From contig OZ024751.1 of NCBI GenBank assembly GCA_964016885.1, forward strand, positions 7,812,001-7,876,000: a stretch of DNA of 64,000 nt, in the 5' to 3' direction. Shown piece after piece: positions 60,967-64,000 of this stretch. Position 1 is the stretch's first letter; each line of letters begins with the position of its first letter. The notes beneath the pieces were generated by a model. The model did no database searches. It worked only from the letters and a program-made list of their open reading frames with translations, and was not told the origin of the DNA. The DNA is from Eledone cirrhosa. Its lineage: Eukaryota. The translations under genes and the position numbers were made by a program.

Positions 60967-62953
60967 TTAATGTATCAAAACATTTGATAATTTTGATGAC
61001 CACCTTTCTCATTAAATAAGCACAATGTACCTCAGTTCAAAGCATCAATAATTCAAATTTACAGATATATTTAGAGAGAGAGAGAGAGGGGAAGAGAGAG
61101 AGGGGAAGAGATCATTTGAGAAACAGTATTTTGTGACTGAAGTAGAACTTCTCATTTTCTTTATGGCTGGCCTTGTGCCAAATGTAAAAATGATTATCAT
61201 TAATATCATCCAAAGAAGAAATCTAATAGTTTAAGAAGAAGAGGGAGTAGAAAAGAAAAAGGGAGGCGGATTAGCAGAAGCATTGAATAAAATAAATGAT
61301 TAGTAAAAAGAAGTAAACAGAGTAAGAAGAAAACATTAACTAATCGGTGATATCCATAGGGTTTTACAGTGCAGCGAAAATACAATAGATTCACACGTTT
61401 TTGTTGGTTTCACGAACACATAAAATTCCATAATCCCCTTGAGTGAGACAATGACAGTTTGTATAAAAAATCACTGAACAGATTGATAAAATACACAATA
61501 GGATAATTTTATTAGAATAGCCGCATTCTTTATTTGTATACAAGAAATCATTTGTTTTACTGCAATTATCTATCGACGAACGATTGAAATATTTCACCTA
61601 ATTTTATTATATATTCTTTGTGCCCAAAATAATGTTCTGCTTTTCAAAGACAAATGTTTGTAAAACACTCAAAAAGACCTTGGCAAGTTTATTTATTTGT
61701 GAAACAAAAAAAAAAGAAAAAAGAAATCAATAAACAAATAAAAATTGAAAATATAAATAAATATAGACTGATACTCTTTCAAGTAAATATACAAAGTGTC
61801 TTCTCTCTCCGTTCCCTCTGGGAATAAATACAATTACATATTTAAATTTCTGATTCAATTATTATTATTTGCATTATATGTATTAGTATTATTAGTAGTA
61901 GTAGTAGAAACAATTATTATTATTATTATTATTATTATTTTTATTTTTTTATTTTTTTTTAGGATCACAATCGATATGATCCTTATTAAATAAAAACTCT
62001 ATTATATGAAATATACTAAGCAATAACGATATCATGTTCAGATGATTATTATCCACTTCAAAACACATTTATTGATCTGATAACTGCTTTAACATTCTAG
62101 GAAGTCCATTCACATACTAGGAAGTACAGAGCAGCCATACATGTAGTCTCTGCTTTAGGCATAGAGATCGTCTTCCATATTTATTATTTTCAGTTCGTTG
62201 ATTGCCCTTTCCTTATAAGAAATCAACAAAGTGTCTCTGAATTTAAAGCCATATATATAATCTTATAAGCACTTTAATATTAGTGAAAGAAATATTTTAT
62301 ATCATGAAAATGTTATTCAAACATTACATTGATGAAGAGTGTTAGCCTACATGCATGTGTAAACCTTCTGCGACCTGATATCTCCTAGCTTCCGCTGTAC
62401 TTCAGACTGCATCCACTATAATCAAGCTTGTTATAACCAAGCTCACAAATACAAGACACTCACAATTTTCAGAAGTATTCTCTAATAGTAATGTTGTCAT
62501 TCATTCAACTATATACATCGTTAACAGATGTACATTTGTTGAATAGTTAGAGGCTGTTAACAAACCTTCAAATTGAAATGACAATCTTCAAACATCTTCA
62601 AAGCTAACATATAAGTGCTAAAAAGTGTCTCAAATAATATTCGACAACAAGGCATTATATCTGCTGGAAACATCAGCCAAATAACCCCCACGCCCCACCT
62701 TGACAACGGTATAACCATCTGGCGCAAAATAAGTTTATATATGTGAAAGTAGTTGACGATATTCTATTAATGAATCCTCAATGGGTGGTAATGTAGTGAG
62801 CATTACTTTCAATACGTATATGCTGCTCTTTATACTAAATGTCTTTTCTGACATAATACATGTAAGTTTATCTCAACAACACAATTATCTGTCCCACTCT
62901 ATATATCACTCTCTTGATGCACACAAACACACACGCATATCAGTACACCCACC

Positions 62954-62985
<32 letters not shown>

Positions 62986-63008
62986 GATATATATAGATAT
63001 ATAGATAT

Positions 63009-63075
<67 letters not shown>

Positions 63076-63123
63076 CAGAAGAGAGAAAGATAGATGGATA
63101 GCTAGATAGATAGATACATATAC

Positions 63124-63158
<35 letters not shown>

Positions 63159-63203
63159 CTTTAGACACTACCTTGCTCAAAAGTGTCTTTTTTAAGCTCA
63201 TTT

Positions 63204-63276
63204 CATGTCTCTGATGAGAACGCAAATATCGTCTCTGGATGATATTTGTTTTTGAAATGCGCATAATAAATACATG
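63204..63276 (+). ncRNA. HHR motif
   Basis: CTGATGA-GAAC-GCAAATATCGTC-tctg-GATGATATTTGT-TTTT-GAAA-TGCGCA-TA; palindromic ATGCGCAT; stem I poor. Confidence 0.6.
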
Positions 63277-63368
63277 GAACTTTTTTAAGCATCTTATAAT
63301 TTCCCCTTATATATCTATATGTCAATCTATCTGTCTATCTATCTATCTATCTATATGTCTGTCTCTCA

Positions 63369-63575
<207 letters not shown>

Positions 63576-63579
63576 CAAC

Positions 63580-64000
63580 AGATTAAAGTTTAAGCAAAGG
63601 ATCTCTGCTTTCACACTTAATGGGATCATCTGAAACTAACAAAGTTAATCTGCGAACGCAGAGGTGTATATTTAAAGAAACGTTGCAACCGGAGGAAGAC
63701 AGGAAGACGATACTTTGCTTCGTGGAAACGTTCCCTGGCAAAGAATGGGAAAACACGAATATAAACGTCATTATTTGGACCGGTGAAAAACAATTACACG
63801 CAAAAATAAAACCAACATTATGGTATAAAAGAAGTCGTAGACTAATATTCTATTAGGTGGTTCATAGAACGTTCCCTGGCAATGAACGGAAAAAACGAAG
63901 ATAATACGTCATATGTGGAGGGGAGAGAACAATTGCACGGAAAGACAAAACCTCGTAAATGGTATAACTGAAGTCGTAGACTAAAATTCTAACTAGGAAA
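63580..64000 (-). mobile_element. 3' UTR/pLTR of the Naiad family (runs off the window end), with an HHR variant at 63587-63639
   Basis: Matches 29598-29970 and the reverse complement of 49650-49965; minus strand AGTTT-CAGATGA-T-CCC..GTG-T-GAAA-GCA..TGC-TT-AAACT. Confidence 0.85.

Overview
AT-rich animal DNA made almost entirely of transposable elements and microsatellites. The SINE family, RTE 3' ends and (TA)n load suggest an octopus or other cephalopod (inference). I found no host gene. The window holds several Penelope-like retroelements (PLEs): one Neptune/Nematis-type and three Naiad-type families. It also holds a young 5'-truncated RTE LINE with an open 2.7-kb reading frame, decayed R4/Dong-like and other LINEs, an internally deleted mariner, tRNA-derived SINEs and a 41-bp minisatellite. 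The main result, read by eye on both strands, is about 35 type I hammerhead ribozyme (HHR) motifs, intact or decayed, from more than 10 sequence families. The most striking are in a near-perfect 310-bp tandem array (15783-18949; about 6.2 + 4.0 units, head-to-head) with one minimal HHR per highly structured monomer. This is a candidate non-LTR retrozyme / circular-RNA-producing element. The larger foldback inversions are all head-to-head relative to the ribozyme or ORF strand, and one is centred on a predicted HHR cleavage site. All folds were paired by hand; none was computed or tested.
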